Assembly (NCBI GenBank): GCA_965153355.1
Contig: OZ231126.1
Coordinates: 13,702,001 to 13,766,000 of the forward strand
Origin: Flaccisagitta enflata
Lineage: Eukaryota
Direction of reading: 5' to 3'
DNA: 64,000 bases
Below are positions 12,495 through 41,912 of the stretch, in pieces. A program made the translations under genes and the position numbers. The notes below the pieces were generated by a model. It was not told where the DNA came from and ran no database searches. It was given only the letters and a program-made list of their open reading frames with translations. Positions within the stretch are counted from its first letter, which is position 1, and each line of letters starts with the position of its first letter.

Positions 12495-13883
12495 GACAGA
12501 GTGCATTCAAACATAAACAAGGCCAGATATACAGTTACCCAAGTCGCGTGCGGGTAGGCAGGGGCTGTGATTGAAACAGATACTCAAATATCTTGGCAAG
12601 AGCATTGATACATTAATCGCCTGCAAATGCCAAAAAAAAAAACAAAACAAAGTATTAAGAATGATCCATGGCCTGACTGACGGACAAACTGACAAACTGC
12701 CGTAGCGAGTTACTGAGTCGCGACGTCGCTGGATGCACAGATAGTCATCTGCGGGTTGGCAGAAGAAGTATTCAGAAATGGTTAGCAGCTTATGCGCTTT
12801 ACGCAGCTTTTTTTATCAACCTGCTCTTTCTTTTGCTTTAGAGACACACCTAATTGTACATTTGTACACCATTTGATGTCGAAAAATGAATACAAGATTG
12901 TAAAAAGTAGAAATCCCGGCGTTTAAGTCTCATTTTTTTTCTTTTTGTTTTAAACACTAACAAGGCCGGATACACGGCAATCCAGTCACGGACGGTCGGG
13001 CAGGAGCTGTAATGGCAAAATGGCTCCGAATTCAAAAGTGTGACAGACAGACCGACATACCAACCGACACGGCAAAGTGTAGAGTCGCGTGTCCGCGACT
13101 AAAAGCCCCCGGCACTTTTTTTTTCACTCCCTAGCCGAAGTAGACTAGAGTCAGGTTTTGTCCATTTTGTCAATTCTGAAGTAGGGAAAATGGTATTGCT
13201 AGCCATTTAGACCATGCTGACCTTGGAGGCTTGGATCACTGATTTTTGATGATGATAATCTTGTGGATGGGTGCCATTCATTCTTAACAATTGCCAAATC
13301 ACCGCTAAGGGACTTTATATGAGGGTGTATCCGTAGGCCCGCTTATCCCTTAGTAGGTAGGTAGGTAAAACCATCTTTTAGATAACGCAAAATTGTTCGG
13401 AATAGTGGACTCAGTGCATTGCTGCCCCAGCGCAACTCCAAGTAACAAATAAGGCGTGCAAAAGATTACATATTACGTATGAGAGAAACAAGCTTATTGC
13501 TAGTGTTTTTAGTCGCGTGCTACGCGACTCTACACCCCGCTTTGTCGGTCCGTCGGTCCGTCGGTCCGTCACACTTTACTTTTTTTGGGTTTTATTGGTT
13601 TTTGGCCTCACGGCTCCTGCTCAAATGATCTAGTGACCTCAAATACGGCCCCTGCCCACCCGCACGCGACAGACCAACGGACAAACAAATCCTCTTAAAA
13701 ATAGGTAGGAACAAATCAATATTTTTTACTTCAAGTACAAATTAAAGCTTAACTACTCGACACCCAAAATTCATGTTTAGCTCAAAATGAATGAACAGTC
13801 TATAGACAAAACGAGTGAAGTAGATTTTGCTCGTCACCGGTAACACGCTCAGTCATGGTTTGTTATTGAATGTAGGTTTAAAA

Positions 13884-16856
13884 CTAGTGGCGTTCGCCAT
13901 ATTGTGTTCCACGAAAACTTGATTTGGCGTGAAAAAGAAAGGCAAAAATTCATAGAAAAAATCTAATAATGATAACCAGACAAATCTGTGTTGTAGATAA
14001 TGGCCGCCTGTGGGCGGCCTAACTACCATCCATGGGCGATTTCACTGCCGCCTATGGGCGGCCTCACTGCCGCCTGTGGGCGGTCCCACTGCCGCCTGTG
14101 GGCGGTCCCACTGCCGCCTGTGGGTGGTCCCACTGCCACCTAAGGGTGGTCCCACTGCCACCTGTGGGTGGTCCCACTACCGCCTGTGTGTGTGTATGTG
14201 TGTATGTGTGTGTGTGTGTGTGGAAAAAAAACTGGGTGGTGTGAGAAATCTGAACTGTGTGACATACATTGAAGAAAACTGGGCTGTGTGACACACATTC
14301 GGAGAAATCTGGGCAATGTGACACACATTCAAAGAAAACTGGACTGTGTGACACACATACGGAGAAAACTGGGTTGAGTGACACACAATGGAGAAATCTG
14401 GGCTGTGTGACACACATTCGGAAAAAACTGGATTGTGTGACACACATTCGGAGAAAGCTAGGCTGTGTGACATACACTCGGAGAAAACTGGGCTGTGTGA
14501 CACACATTTGGAGAAAGCTAGGCTGTGTGACACACATTTGGAGAAAACTGGGCTGTGAAGCACACATTTGGAGAAAACTGGGCTATGTGACACACATATG
14601 GAGAAAACGGGGTTATGACACACATGGAAAAACTGGGCTGTGTGACACACATTCAGAGAAAACTAGGTTGTGTGACACACACCGGAGACATCTGGGCTGT
14701 GTGACACACATTTGAGAAAACTGGGTGGACACACATTCGGAGAAAACTGGGTTGTGTGACACACATTGAGAAAACAAGGTTGTGACACACATTCGGAGAA
14801 AACTGAGTTATGAGACACACAATGGAGAAACTGGGCTGTGACACACATTTGGAGAAAGCTAGGCTGTGTGACACACATCGGAGAAAACCATGTGTGTGAC
14901 ACACATTTGGAGAAACTGGGTTGTGTGACACACATCGGAGAAAACTGGTTGTGACACACATTCAGAGAAAACTGGGGTGTGACACACATTCAGAAAACTG
15001 GGTTGTGTGACACACATTCGGAGAAATCTGGGTTGTGTGACACACATTCGGAACACTGGGTTGTGTGACATACATTTGGAGAAATCTGGGTTGTGTGACA
15101 CACATCAGAGAAAATTGGGTTGTGTGACACACATTTGGAGAAAACTGGGTTGTGTGACACACATTCGGAGAAAACTTGGTTGTGTGACACACATTCGGGG
15201 AAAACTGGGTTGTGTGACACACATTTGGGGAAATCTGGGTTGTGTGACACACATTCGGAGAAAACTGGGTTGTGTGACACATTCGGAGAAAACTGGTTGT
15301 GTGACACACATTCGAGAATCTGGGCTGTGTGACACATTTGGAGAAAACTGGCTGTATGACACACATTTGGAGGAATCTGGGCAATGTGACACACATTTGG
15401 AGAAACTGGACTGTGTGACACACATTCAGAGAAAACTGTGTGTGACACACAATGGAGAAATCTGGGCTGTGTGACACACATATTCGAGAAAACTGGATTG
15501 TGTGACACACATTCGGAGAAAGCTAGGCTGTGTGACACACATTCGGAGAAAACAAGTGTGTGACACACATTCGGAGAAAACTGATTTGGACACACAATGA
15601 GAAAACTGGGCTGTGTGACACACATCGGAGAAATCTGGGTTGTTGCACACATTCGGAGAAAACTGGGTGGACACACATCTGGAGAAATCTGTGTGTGACA
15701 CACATTGGAGAAAACTGGGTTGTGTGACACACATTTGGAGAAATTGCTTGTGACACACATTCCGAGAAACTGGGGTATGACACACATTCGGAGAAATCTG
15801 GGTATGTGACACATCGGAGAAAACTGGGTGTGTGACACACATTCGGAGAAAAAAGGTGAGACACATTCGAGGAATCTGGGCTGTGTGACACACATTTGAG
15901 AAAACTGGCAGTGTGACACACATTGAGAAATCTGGGGCGTGTGACACACATTCGGAGAAAACTGAGTTATACACACAATGGAGAAAACTGGGCTGTGTGA
16001 CACACATTGGAATAATCGCAATGACACACATTCGGAGAAAACTGGACTGTGTGACACACATTGGAGAAAACTGTGTGACACACAATGGGAGAAACTTGGG
16101 CTGTGACACACATTCGGAAAAAACTGGATTGTGTGACACACATTCGGAGAAATAGGCTGTGTGACACACATTCAGAGAAAACTGGTTGTGTGACACACAT
16201 TGGAGAAAACTGAGTTGTGTGACATACATTCGAGAAACTGGGTTATGTGACACACAATGGAGAAAACTGGGTTCTGTGACACATCGGAGAAAACTAGGCT
16301 GTGTGACACACATTCCGGAGAAACTGGCTGTGTGACACACATTCGGAGAAAGCTAGGCCGTGTAACACACATTCGGAGAAAACTGGATGTGACACACATT
16401 CGGAGAAAAGAGTTGTGTGACACACAATGAGAAAAAGCTGCGTGACACACATATGGAGAAAACTGGATAGCGTGACACACATTGAGAAAACTGAGAAAAC
16501 TGAGAAAACTAGGCTGTGTGACACACATACGGAGAAATCTAGGCTTTGTGACACACTATGGAGAAAACTAGGCTGTGTGACACACATTCGGAGAAAACTG
16601 GGTTGTGTGACACACATATGGAGAAAACTGGATAGCGTGACACACAATCGGAGAAAACTGGAGAAAACTGGAGAAAACTAGGCTGTGTGACACACATACG
16701 GAGAAAACTAGGCTTTGTGACACACTTTGGAGAAAACTAGGCTGAGTGACACACATTTGGAGAAAACTGGGTTGTGTGACACACGGACGGACGAACGAAC
16801 GGACGCACGGACGGAGAAACTCTGAATATCTAGTGTTCCACTATCGTGGAACACAA
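13884..16856 (-). mobile_element. DINE-1/Helentron-like non-autonomous element (HINE) with an expanded central satellite
   Basis: Minus strand: subTIR TTGTGTTCCACGA with adjacent IR, (CGTC)n-like microsatellite, 30-bp and 22-bp tandem repeats, second subTIR, hairpin TGGCGAACGCCA, CTAG end; no TSD, inserted in a T run. Confidence 0.8.
14255..16785. repeat. About 30-bp minisatellite (GGAGAAAACTGGGTTGTGTGACACACATTC), roughly 85-90 degenerate copies
   Basis: Read directly; each unit has the palindromic core TGTGTG-A-CACACA. Confidence 0.95.
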
Positions 16857-17081
16857 TTATCTCGTACAACTTTACTACAGGGCGAGATCTTCTAACTTAA
16901 GTACGATTACTAAATACGGGCCATCTGAAACTTAAATTAACGAGATGTAAATCATTGAAAAGAACTGTGACCCAAATTGAGGCAAATGTCGACGATGAGT
17001 CGTAAGCGACAATTTTCGTCGTCATCTCCCCCTGATGTAGACATGTTCGCCTCAAATCGATGTAATTCATCGGAACAAGAA

Positions 17082-17177
<96 letters not shown>

Positions 17178-17304
17178 GAGCTCGAAACCATTGGTACATT
17201 ACACCATGATTTCCGGAACAAATATTACATCAAAGATTCGGTGACAAAATCAGCGCAAAAATGCTCCTCAATTGATAGGATCGCCAAGTTTTGTGCCGTA
17301 ACTA

Positions 17305-17729
17305 CACTCTTTATTTTTTGTAAGATCCTAGTTTATAAGAACATCAAGGCTTCGAAATGCACCAAAATTAAGAACATTTTAAGAACATATGAAGCCTTCA
17401 ATTTAAGAAAAAAATTGATAATACTGAAAAAATATTGAAAAAATGCTTAGATTTTAGTATAATTACAATACTATTTTATTATTTTTGATGTATGTACCAT
17501 ATGTGTTTATATACTTTATGATGTAATATTTGTTATAGCAATTTTCTACAAGAATATTATCATGTATTATCAAATAATAGTAAATTAAAGTTTTCTTATA
17601 GTTGTTATACTAATACATAATATTTGAAATAAGGAACACTCTAAGAACGTTAAAGGCTTTATTTGGCCTCTAAAATAAGAACATGAAGCCTTCGAAAAAA
17701 AATGACGTTCTTATAAAAAAAAAAGAGTG
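17305..17729. mobile_element. TA-flanked AT-rich MITE
   Basis: TA|CACTCTTTATTTTTTGTAAG ... CTTATAAAAAAAAAAGAGTG|TA. Confidence 0.65.
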
Positions 17730-17996
17730 TAGTTATGAAACATATGCAAAAAGCTTTCATCCACTCTTTGAAATTATTTTGGAGTCTATTTCGCCACCGT
17801 GTAACGTGACAACAAAAGTCAAGACCCTTGAGCAACTTAGCTTTGCTTTCACGGTAATTTGTTTGTACTCGCTTTCAAGTAAGCCAATTGCACATGAGCC
17901 TGAATCTTGACTCACTAATACATCAGGCTTGGGTTACGATATTGTCGAGGAGGGTAGGTTATTGGCTTGGTCCTTGGGCATACATCAGCACATACA

Positions 17997-18092
<96 letters not shown>

Positions 18093-18208
18093 GCGGTTGG
18101 TTACATACTGTGAGTGCCTTATCCTGATTTTGTATCCATTCCATTTTTTCAGAGTTGTGTATTACCTGGCGCCTGTATTGAGACGCTTTTGGAAAGGATT
18201 GCAGCAGG

Positions 18209-18255
<47 letters not shown>

Positions 18256-18615
18256 ACCTCTCTCTCTCAACAAAAACAAAGACAAAAACAAAAACAAAAA
18301 CAAAAACAAAAACAACAACAACAACAACGGCAAACATCAACGGCGCCGCGCTCTCTGCAACAACAACTTCATTGGCGATGGCGGAAGCTCAACGGCGATG
18401 CGGTTGGTGTCGATGCGCTAATGCGGCGAGTGTTGGCGACATGATTGACGCCGGTGTTTTTTCGCGGAAACTAGGCGAATATTCGCCGCAGACGCTTAGG
18501 TGGAAACTCGCAAGCGGCGCCGAAGGTGGAAGTTGGCGGATTCGGTCGATCGCGCGGAAACTCGAACCTAAGGCGCAAGTATAAAGTTCATGAGAATTCC
18601 ACGGTGCTTACACGG

Positions 18616-18677
<62 letters not shown>

Positions 18678-18834
18678 GCAACAGCAACAACAACTACAAC
18701 AACAACTACAACAACAACAACAACAACGAGTTCCTGCACGGAGGTCCAACATTGGAGGAAGTCCAACGCCAGCGGAAGTTTGACGTCGCGGAAGATTGAG
18801 AAGCGGAGAAACCAAACAAAGATGGCGTTGTAGC

Positions 18835-18887
<53 letters not shown>

Positions 18888-19208
18888 CAGACAAGACCAA
18901 GCCCTCACGGTGGACTAAACGTTAGCACCCGATATCCAGTTTCTGCAACTCTCACGACGATGTCATCAAATAAAATGACTGCTCTTGCCATGTTATGAGT
19001 GAAAAAAAGGATCAGTATAAGTAATTTTGTAACCGTATTGATCTTTCTTCCTCTTATTTGTCACTGGACAAAAGTCGTAAAACGATAAATAGTTAGCAGT
19101 TTAGTAGATCTCGTCTAGACCTGAGATAACGGGGGCAATCGGGTGTGCCAATATGCAAAACATTATTCTATGAGGATACCACATTAGGTCAGCATAGGCC
19201 TTCACCAT

Positions 19209-19411
19209 TTTTAGTCGCGTATACGCGACTCTACATCCTGCTTTTTCCGTCCGTCCTTCCGTTGGTTGGTCGGTTGGTTGGTCGGTTGGTCGGTTGGTTT
19301 ATGATTTTATTTCTTTGACTTCACTGCTCCTGCCTAAATGGTCTAGGGACCTCAAATACGGCCCCTGCTCACCCGCACGCGACTTTGGTAGCCATATATC
19401 CGGCCTTGTTT
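19209..19411 (+). mobile_element. HINE/DINE-1-like element, family A (other copies about 1795-1985, 2021-2152, 12517-12720, 12958-13103, 13507-13670, 26660-26840, 40604-40746, 42360-42538)
   Basis: TTTTTAGTCGCG..ACGCGACT 5' IR, (GGTT/GTCC)n, GCACGCGACT subTIR, GCC..TATCCGGCC hairpin, TTGTT end. Confidence 0.7.
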
Positions 19412-19732
19412 TTTTTCACGTTTCTTCGTTTTTTTGCAAATCCCAAATTTTGCCCCTAATTTGCATATTGTTGCAATCATGTAATTGACTTCATTCAAGC
19501 CTGGCCTGAGGGGGGTAATAATTGGATGCTTATGTAGTGAAATTACATAGTAAATTGCTAAAGAAATTGCGTTGCCAGGTATAAAACCAACTTCTTATTT
19601 CCATGGAGATCAAATGGAGGAGGAAAGCATTTACGGATTAATGGATAGCTGGTTAAAGGTAGGCAGTAGTAGTTTTCAGTATTTTCGTATAGTTAGCTAA
19701 AAAATCATTTTTTAATGGTTTTAGTAACATGG

Positions 19733-20855
19733 GTCACTTGGGAGCTTCACATAGCAAAAGTTTGGAGTATCCCTTCACCTTACTTGGCGAAAATCATGAA
19801 GATGATCATTTTCCTTTTTTCAAAATTCCTTCATCTTCCTTTTTTGTTTTGGCTCTAAAGTTTCCCCAGATTTCCCAGAATTCAGCAAAATCCTATATAG
19901 TTTTGTCACAAAAAGGACAATTATTTGTTTTAGAAAATCATGATCTTTGTAAAAATAAACTAAAATATCAGAACATAAGCTATGGAAGATCTATTGAAAA
20001 GGCAGATTACCAATTCAATGAAGAGTAGGAATTTATAAAAGCTAATTCAAAGAATATCAGTATATTGTTATATGCCACTGCATTATGCAAATTAGGTCCT
20101 CAGCATTAATTTTCTAAAAAACGGAAGATGAACGATTTTTGATAAAAGAAAAATGGTAAGGGTCCTAAAATTAGCCCCTCCGCATTGGGTAAAGAGGGTG
20201 AAAAGAAGTAGCCAACTTTTGCTATGTGAAGCACCCAAATGGGTCACGATGCTCAAATCAAAAAATTTTCATCAAAATGCTGAGATATGCGTATTATCAA
20301 ATCTCATGGGTCAGAGTAAGCAAGATACAGCCCATTTGGATGCTTCACATAGGAAAAATTGGGATTATCCCTTCGTCCCGCTTATGCAATGTGGAGCAAC
20401 AAAAATCATGAAGATAAGCGTTTTCCTATTTTTAAAATTTTAACATCTTCCGATTTTGTTTTAACCTTGAAGTTACCCATAGAAATCAAAAGGAATCAAA
20501 AATACCTTTCATAGTTTTGTTACCAACAGGGAAATTATTTGTATTAGAAAATCATAATATTTGTAAGGATAGACATCAATGTTATAGCAAAAACTATGTA
20601 AGAGCTCACTAAGAAAGCTGATCAACAATTTTATGAAAAAAAGAACTAGCAAAAACCAGTTCAAAGAACATCAGCACAACAATTTATCCCACTGCAATAT
20701 GCAAATTAAGTCTTACAAAAAACTCGCTAAAAAAAATGGAAGATGAGTGATTTTGAGGAAAAAAAAATGGTAAGAGTTCTAAAATTACTCATTCCACATA
20801 AGGTAAGCGGGACGAAGAGAAATTCACAACTTTTGCTATGTGAAGCACCCAAACA
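19733..20855. mobile_element. Two tandem copies of an about 500-bp MITE (third copy about 50947-51433)
   Basis: TIR TTGGGAGCTTCACATAGCAAAAG / CTTTTGCTATGTGAAGCACCCAA with shared internal sequence. Confidence 0.7.
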
Positions 20856-20872
20856 GCCCATTCTCGCTCTGA

Positions 20873-26414
<5,542 letters not shown>

Positions 26415-27552
26415 TCTGAACATCTTATTCCAATTTTTTAAAAAGATTTTATGTTACTAATATGATGATTTGATGCTATACTGTTATTTTTAACAAGAAC
26501 TTATCATATAACCTAATATTTTTTGCCATTAGATACTTTATTTTAGCTAAATTGATATGCTAGGTCACTTATTTTTTCACTAATGTATTGTAACTCCTCA
26601 CTTGGAATTAATTGATGGCCAATGTTGCAGGTGACCCATGGGTCAACTACTTGTTTTTAAACAAGGCCGGATACACAGCTACCCCAGTTGCGTGCGGATG
26701 GGTAGGGGCCATATATGTCACTAGACCATTTGGGCAGGAGCAGTGCCGTAACAGAATCATAAAACATAAAAAAAAAACTTGTGTATGACAGACTGACTGA
26801 CCGACGGAAAAAGCAGGGTGTAGAGTCGCGTACACGCGACCACAAGAGGGGTTTGCCCCACTCGCTCATTTCTAGGTGGCAATTTTCTTTTTTGCTGTAG
26901 TAGAGAAAACACACATTGTCCATAATCAATCACAAAATTCATCATTTTAAAAAAAGTTTAAAGAAATTATAAAGATAATCGAAAAAGTGACCCATTTTAG
27001 CCCACTTCACCGTACATCCTTGGGCACATGACGCACAAGATAACAAGGCCGGATACACGGCCCAAGACGGTGCGCCTGGCGCTGTTCATTCTAAGACCAA
27101 TTCATAGCTCTATGACCCCCTATCCCTAGCTTTATGAGACCTATCCCTGACCCTAGCTCTGTCAGGCTTATCGCTATGAAAATGAATATTTTGATGATCA
27201 TCAAGAATTATGTGCTAGACCAGTTTTCAAGTGATTTCAAACAGTTTTTGCTGTTTTTTACTTGAGCGTGACTGACCGACCAACCAACAAAGACAGGCAG
27301 AAAGACAGACACAGACAAGCGGACAGAGCCTGTTATGATGGTGCTAAAAAGAGTAAAACGCGCATTTACGGCTCTGCGTAGGACTATGTGTATGCCCCTG
27401 CCCACCCCTCCACAACGTTTAAGAAATCCCGCGTTTTTTGGGGGATTTTAAAATGAGAAAGCTTTTAATATGTCAAAGCAGGTTGCTAATTCGAGTCTAA
27501 AATTTAAGAAACATCGACAGATAAAAAGAGATTCCTATTAACAAGTAGAAAT

Positions 27553-27651
<99 letters not shown>

Positions 27652-28096
27652 TGTTTTTGTTTACAAGACCGTTGCATTTCCCGTCGGCCACGGCAAGATC
27701 ATGTCATTTTCGGCGAAGTCATTCGGAGCCGGGGAAGAAATCTGCGTCATCCTTATCATGATTTCTTTTGCGAGATTGTGGATGATCCGCCGCAAAAGCG
27801 GCTCGCATCTCCTGCGAAATCACCGCTGGACAACCTTTCCCCGCGGGAAAAAAGATAGGTCAGTTTTAAAAACATAGCTAATTTCCTAAGGAGATTTAAA
27901 GGACATAGCAACATGTTTTTACGATGACTGATTAGGTAATCAAGATTGTCGGTAAACAGACCATTCATCCATCTGTTGATAACAATTGTTCAGTTGTGCA
28001 TCCCCCCCCCCTTGGATTTCCGACTTGCAGCGACTTCATAACCCTGCGTTACTTGTTTTGAAGGTTATGCAACTGTTCTCTCTGTGTCTGTGTCTG

Positions 28097-28194
<98 letters not shown>

Positions 28195-30708
28195 TTTCTC
28201 TCGCTCCTTTACTCAGTACTTATACCATAGATGTCCACTGCATTGTATCCACTGCACTCGTGAAGTTTGACTGACTACCATAATGAAGCAATCGAATCCA
28301 TTCCATTGCAAGTCGATTGCCAGTTTCGCAATCTTTTTGCGCACCCGATTTCCATATCGCGATCTATCGCAGGAATTCCTACCTGTGATCAAAAATTTTG
28401 TGTCTCCACACGCTAAATTAGTGGTCCGTCTGTAGTACTCACAACCGACTGATATCATAGTTTCACCACATGTTCGGAATATCCTAGAACGCCGCGCCAT
28501 TCAACATTCAACGTCTTACTGTTTCTAAGTCACGTGATTATTACATATCAAAATTAGTGCTTATAAAAATCATCTAATATTGGATCGGATATAGTCTTAA
28601 TACCGCAGAACACTTTTCTGGCCCCGGGCCAATGACCCTTCTTCAGACCGCGACTCTTGTTTTCGCTGCGGACTCGCACATGTTCTTTTATACGGTTCTT
28701 TTCGGGCATCTTAACTTCTTCGAAACTTAATTTCTTCAGATGGCCCGTATTCAGTAATCGTACTTAAGATAGAAGATCTCAGCCTGTAGCAAAATTGTAC
28801 GAGATAATTTTAAACCTACATTCAATAGCAAACCATGACTGAGCGTGTTACCGGTGACAAGCAAAATCTACTTCACTCGTTTTGTCCATAGACTGTGAAA
28901 GAGCATACTCTTTCAGGCACACTTTGATTATGTCCATTGTTTTTCGAAATGCGCCGTCATCTTTTGTCTCATTTGAGATGGGTGCTGCAGGCTAAGTTCT
29001 AGGTAGTAAAACATAGAAAACATAATTACCTCTCGGCAAACATAAGTGAAGAACAGCAAAAATAGAACGACTCACAGCAGACAGGATTGATTCTCGGCAG
29101 TCCTGATTAATAGAGTGGGCTCAATTTGGGCATTCAAATAAAACATTATTTCCAAGCATTTTTCATGTTCCATTTGCATGTTAAGAGCCTAATCTCATTG
29201 GAAAATCGATTTGTGGTTGGAGAAGTGCTTGGAAATAATATTCCGTTCAAATGCCCAAATTGAGCCCACTCCACTGATTAAATCACCTCAGCCAGGAGCA
29301 AGGAGTCAAACCCGTGGCCTGTATTTGGCGGATCTTGTTCATTTGTTCTATTTTGAAATAGGCATACATGGTGTTTCATGCCAAAATAGATGTAAGAAAA
29401 CGATGCCATTCTGCTTCTTAAAGTGCAAAAAAAATTCTGAAAAAAGATTCAGAGCGCTCTTGAGCTCCGATTTCTTATGTAAAAATTTCATGGGTTTGGG
29501 TCAAATATCTTGGCCACAACCTTAAATTGAAGTAAAATGAGCAGACATACACGAACAAATGCATGAAAAGATGTCATCTCAGGGAAACTTTAAAAACATG
29601 AGACAAAAACTCTTCGTTCTTCCTTTCTTTTTTTTCTTTCTCTCTTTTCATAATTTTTCTTTCTTTTTGATTGCTTGTCAGTTTTTTCCATCTTTCTTTT
29701 TTTTTTCTGTCTTTCTTTCTCTTATTCATTCTTTCGTTCGTTTGTTCGGTTGTACGTTCATTTGTTCGTTCGTTCGTTCGTTCGTTCGTTCGTTCGTTCG
29801 TTCGTTCTCTCTCTCTCTCTCTCTCTCTCACATACCCCCCACCCACCGACCATTTCGTTAATTCCGCGTTTTCAAATTAGGTTATCTTTACAAGTAGTGA
29901 ACTCAAACATGGGTCGTTTTAAAATAGACATTCTCTTTTATTCAAGAAGTACTCATTTCTCATTTCTACCACACAGATGCATATCATTTATTTTTTTCTT
30001 TTTTGAGAGAATTAAAGATGGATCTCGAGCATCAAAGGAAAAAGTGTGAGAATATGAAAACAAGCCCACGGGGCCAAAGGTTGCTCTGAGTCAGCATGTG
30101 GTTATCTGCATGTATCAACCAACCCTCATTGTAAATTACCTTACATCTTTTTTAGTAACTGACGCTCATGCAGACATTGTCCTCCGGCCCTGTTATTAGG
30201 GTAAATTACCATATGATATTTTTAGTTACTGACTAATTGTAAAGATTCTCGATAGTCCTCAAGTTAGGATAGGAGTATAAAAGGACAAGATTTGTTGCCA
30301 GAGGATGCTTATTATTTTCTTAAACTCTGTGAAACGTGTTGACATTACCATAAAAGTAAATAAACAATTTCGATCAAAATTGGCAAAACCTCTCTGCATT
30401 ACTTCTATATTCGTTTCCTCTCCATAATGTAAGTTGCAAATTTATGGTTCTCTGTTATAGTCTTTTTTTTTTCTTGTTTTTCCTTCAAGACAAGCATCTA
30501 TCTGAGGAGTAAGGAGAGTAATGTCGGATGATAAGTGAAAGAAATGAATGACTGTCAGATGATCGATTAAACATTAAGTAGCAGTTTCGCGCTCAGGACT
30601 TTGTTTATCAATTCCTTCTTACTATCTTAACCAGTAAAAACATCAACTCTCTAAAAGAGCTGTTTCTTATTGTGGGACGGAATGACGGCAACAACAACAA
30701 CGACGACG

Positions 30709-39817
<9,109 letters not shown>

Positions 39818-40372
39818 ACAACATCATCATCAGTCGAGTATTGAATGGCCAAAGGAATAGAAGTTTACGTTTAATGGTGATCATTTTTAATCTCAGATAT
39901 TCATCATGTTATTTAAAATCATGATGATATATTTCAAAACTCTTGCACTCTCACCATTCCTTGATTAGGCATTGTGCAATAATTTTCATAATCTTTATAT
40001 TTATAGCATCCCGCTCTTGAATTGCATCGCATGGTGATTCTTCTCTAACGTGATATATAGCATTGTACAATGATTGCACCATGCCATTTTACATGATTCC
40101 AAAAAATCGAATGAGATTTTAGGAAAGTCGACAGCAAATGTCTCTATCCATAAAATTCGTGATGAACAATTATGTTGCTTCTCGAGTCTCCCGGTCCCAA
40201 ACTGTGATATGCTTTACAAATGATTTTTTAAGCCGCTGGCAGTGACCCTCTTTATTACTTACTATCCCTGCTCAGTGCCCACCCGCACATGCTGCGGGGC
40301 ATTGGCGTTGTTTTGCAAACTATTAGCTCAATTCGCTTTTGATTCATTTGTCCAATTTGTCTAATTTGTTTA

Positions 40373-41101
40373 CTATCTTGGCGGAAAAAATCTTCCGGCA
40401 CGTTTACATGCATATCTCAGGTTAGAATCAACCAATCATCAAAAAATCGATGAGGCAATTAAAGCCCTTCAAATTTGTAAGAGATCTACGCAAACCCCAT
40501 CCCTCTAGCTCTATGCCTTCAAAAATTATTTCACTTTGAGTGAACTACTTCAATTTCGCTTTTGCCATTTCTACACCATCTTCTGAAGATATATTTTTAC
40601 TCTTTTTAGTCGCGGACACGCGACTCTACACCTTGCTGTGTCGGTCGGTCCGTCTGTAACAAATATTTCTAAACTTGCGATCGGTCTTTGAATTACCGCT
40701 CCTGCCCAACCGTCCGCGACTGGATTGCTGTGCATCCGGGCATGTTTTAATTACTATTAAACGCAATGAGCTAGGCAGATGCGGTTTGCGCTACCTGCTT
40801 GCAAATTCGAAGGGCTTCAATTACGTCACCAATTTTTCTATGATTTGATGAGTCTTTGATAAGCTGTTAGTCTAAGTGTAGCGAAAGAAGAGGGAAAGAA
40901 AATTGCGAGAAAGATGTTGAAAGCTTTCGCTCAAGAGACCCTCGAGAAGCTCTACAAATCGCCTCCCCAACAAAAGGCGGCCCTGATTCAATCAAAGGGA
41001 CTTCAAACTAATTATTGATGGATTTGTAACTGATTTGTATTCATCTTTATGCCAATGAATACATTTTTTTGATAGGCCGGAAGGTTTTTCCGCCTAGATA
41101 G
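40373..41101. mobile_element. TA-flanked MITE containing a HINE-like copy
   Basis: TA|CTATCTTGGCGGAAAAAATCTTCCGGC ... GCCGGAAGGTTTTTCCGCCTAGATAG|TA. Confidence 0.75.
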
Positions 41102-41912
41102 TAATATGCTTACGTCCGTCATTTTCTGAGAGTGTTAGGTCTCTAAGGCGAGAATTTTCGATACGATTTTGATACGGAAATTGCTTAAAAATGCTTTAAT
41201 ATGCGAATCAATAAGAAAGCTTCACTTTTTAATAGGTAATAGCAGTATTTAATTTCGAATAACTACTCATTCTTTATAATCTTTTGAAAGCTATTGGAAA
41301 GTACTTTTATTTTGTTTCAATCGAGCATTTTTAGCTTTATCGAAAGATGGCATAAGTATAAGTAAAAACATTTAGGATTCTTTTCCAAAGAAGATACTTT
41401 GACAATTTGACAATTTGACAATTTCTTTTAACCAATAAAGAGGTGCGGCTTTTTTTTCCATCCTCGTAGCAGCACAGGATTTCCTCATTTTCCAATGTAA
41501 GGCGCTTATTTATACCCCTTATTTAGAGGGGTCAAACGCTAATTTGCATAATTTTGTCACATCAATTTTTCTTTTCATTTCTTGTTGTTTACATCGTTAC
41601 TAGTCATTTGCAACAATTTTCGAGCCATGAGACCATATTTATTGCTCTGTAAACAATGGGGTGAAAATGACACATGCACTGATTTTCCTGCCTGGCATGA
41701 CATGTGAGGTAGAATGCCATTAAGAAAGTGCCAAAAACTTGTTAAAATATGTTAGTTAGTGTAGAATACATAAATTTTCACAGTCTGATTCATTTTTCCA
41801 TGATCCCAAGTATGAACATAGTAAATAACCATTTCTTTTAATCAAAGACCAAGTTCTTTTAGAGTTTTTTTTCCATTTCTGTGAAAGAAAATTTCACGGG
41901 CTGGATGCACGG

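Noticed and set aside
14064-16756. Many long ORFs (up to 393 aa) and a CRISPR-like look
   Set aside because: Translations of a 30-bp minisatellite open in several frames; no unique spacers, no cas genes, eukaryotic context.
16897-18908. PolyQ, polyC, polyV and HT-repeat ORFs
   Set aside because: (CAA)n, (CA)n and (CT)n microsatellites without supported exon structure.
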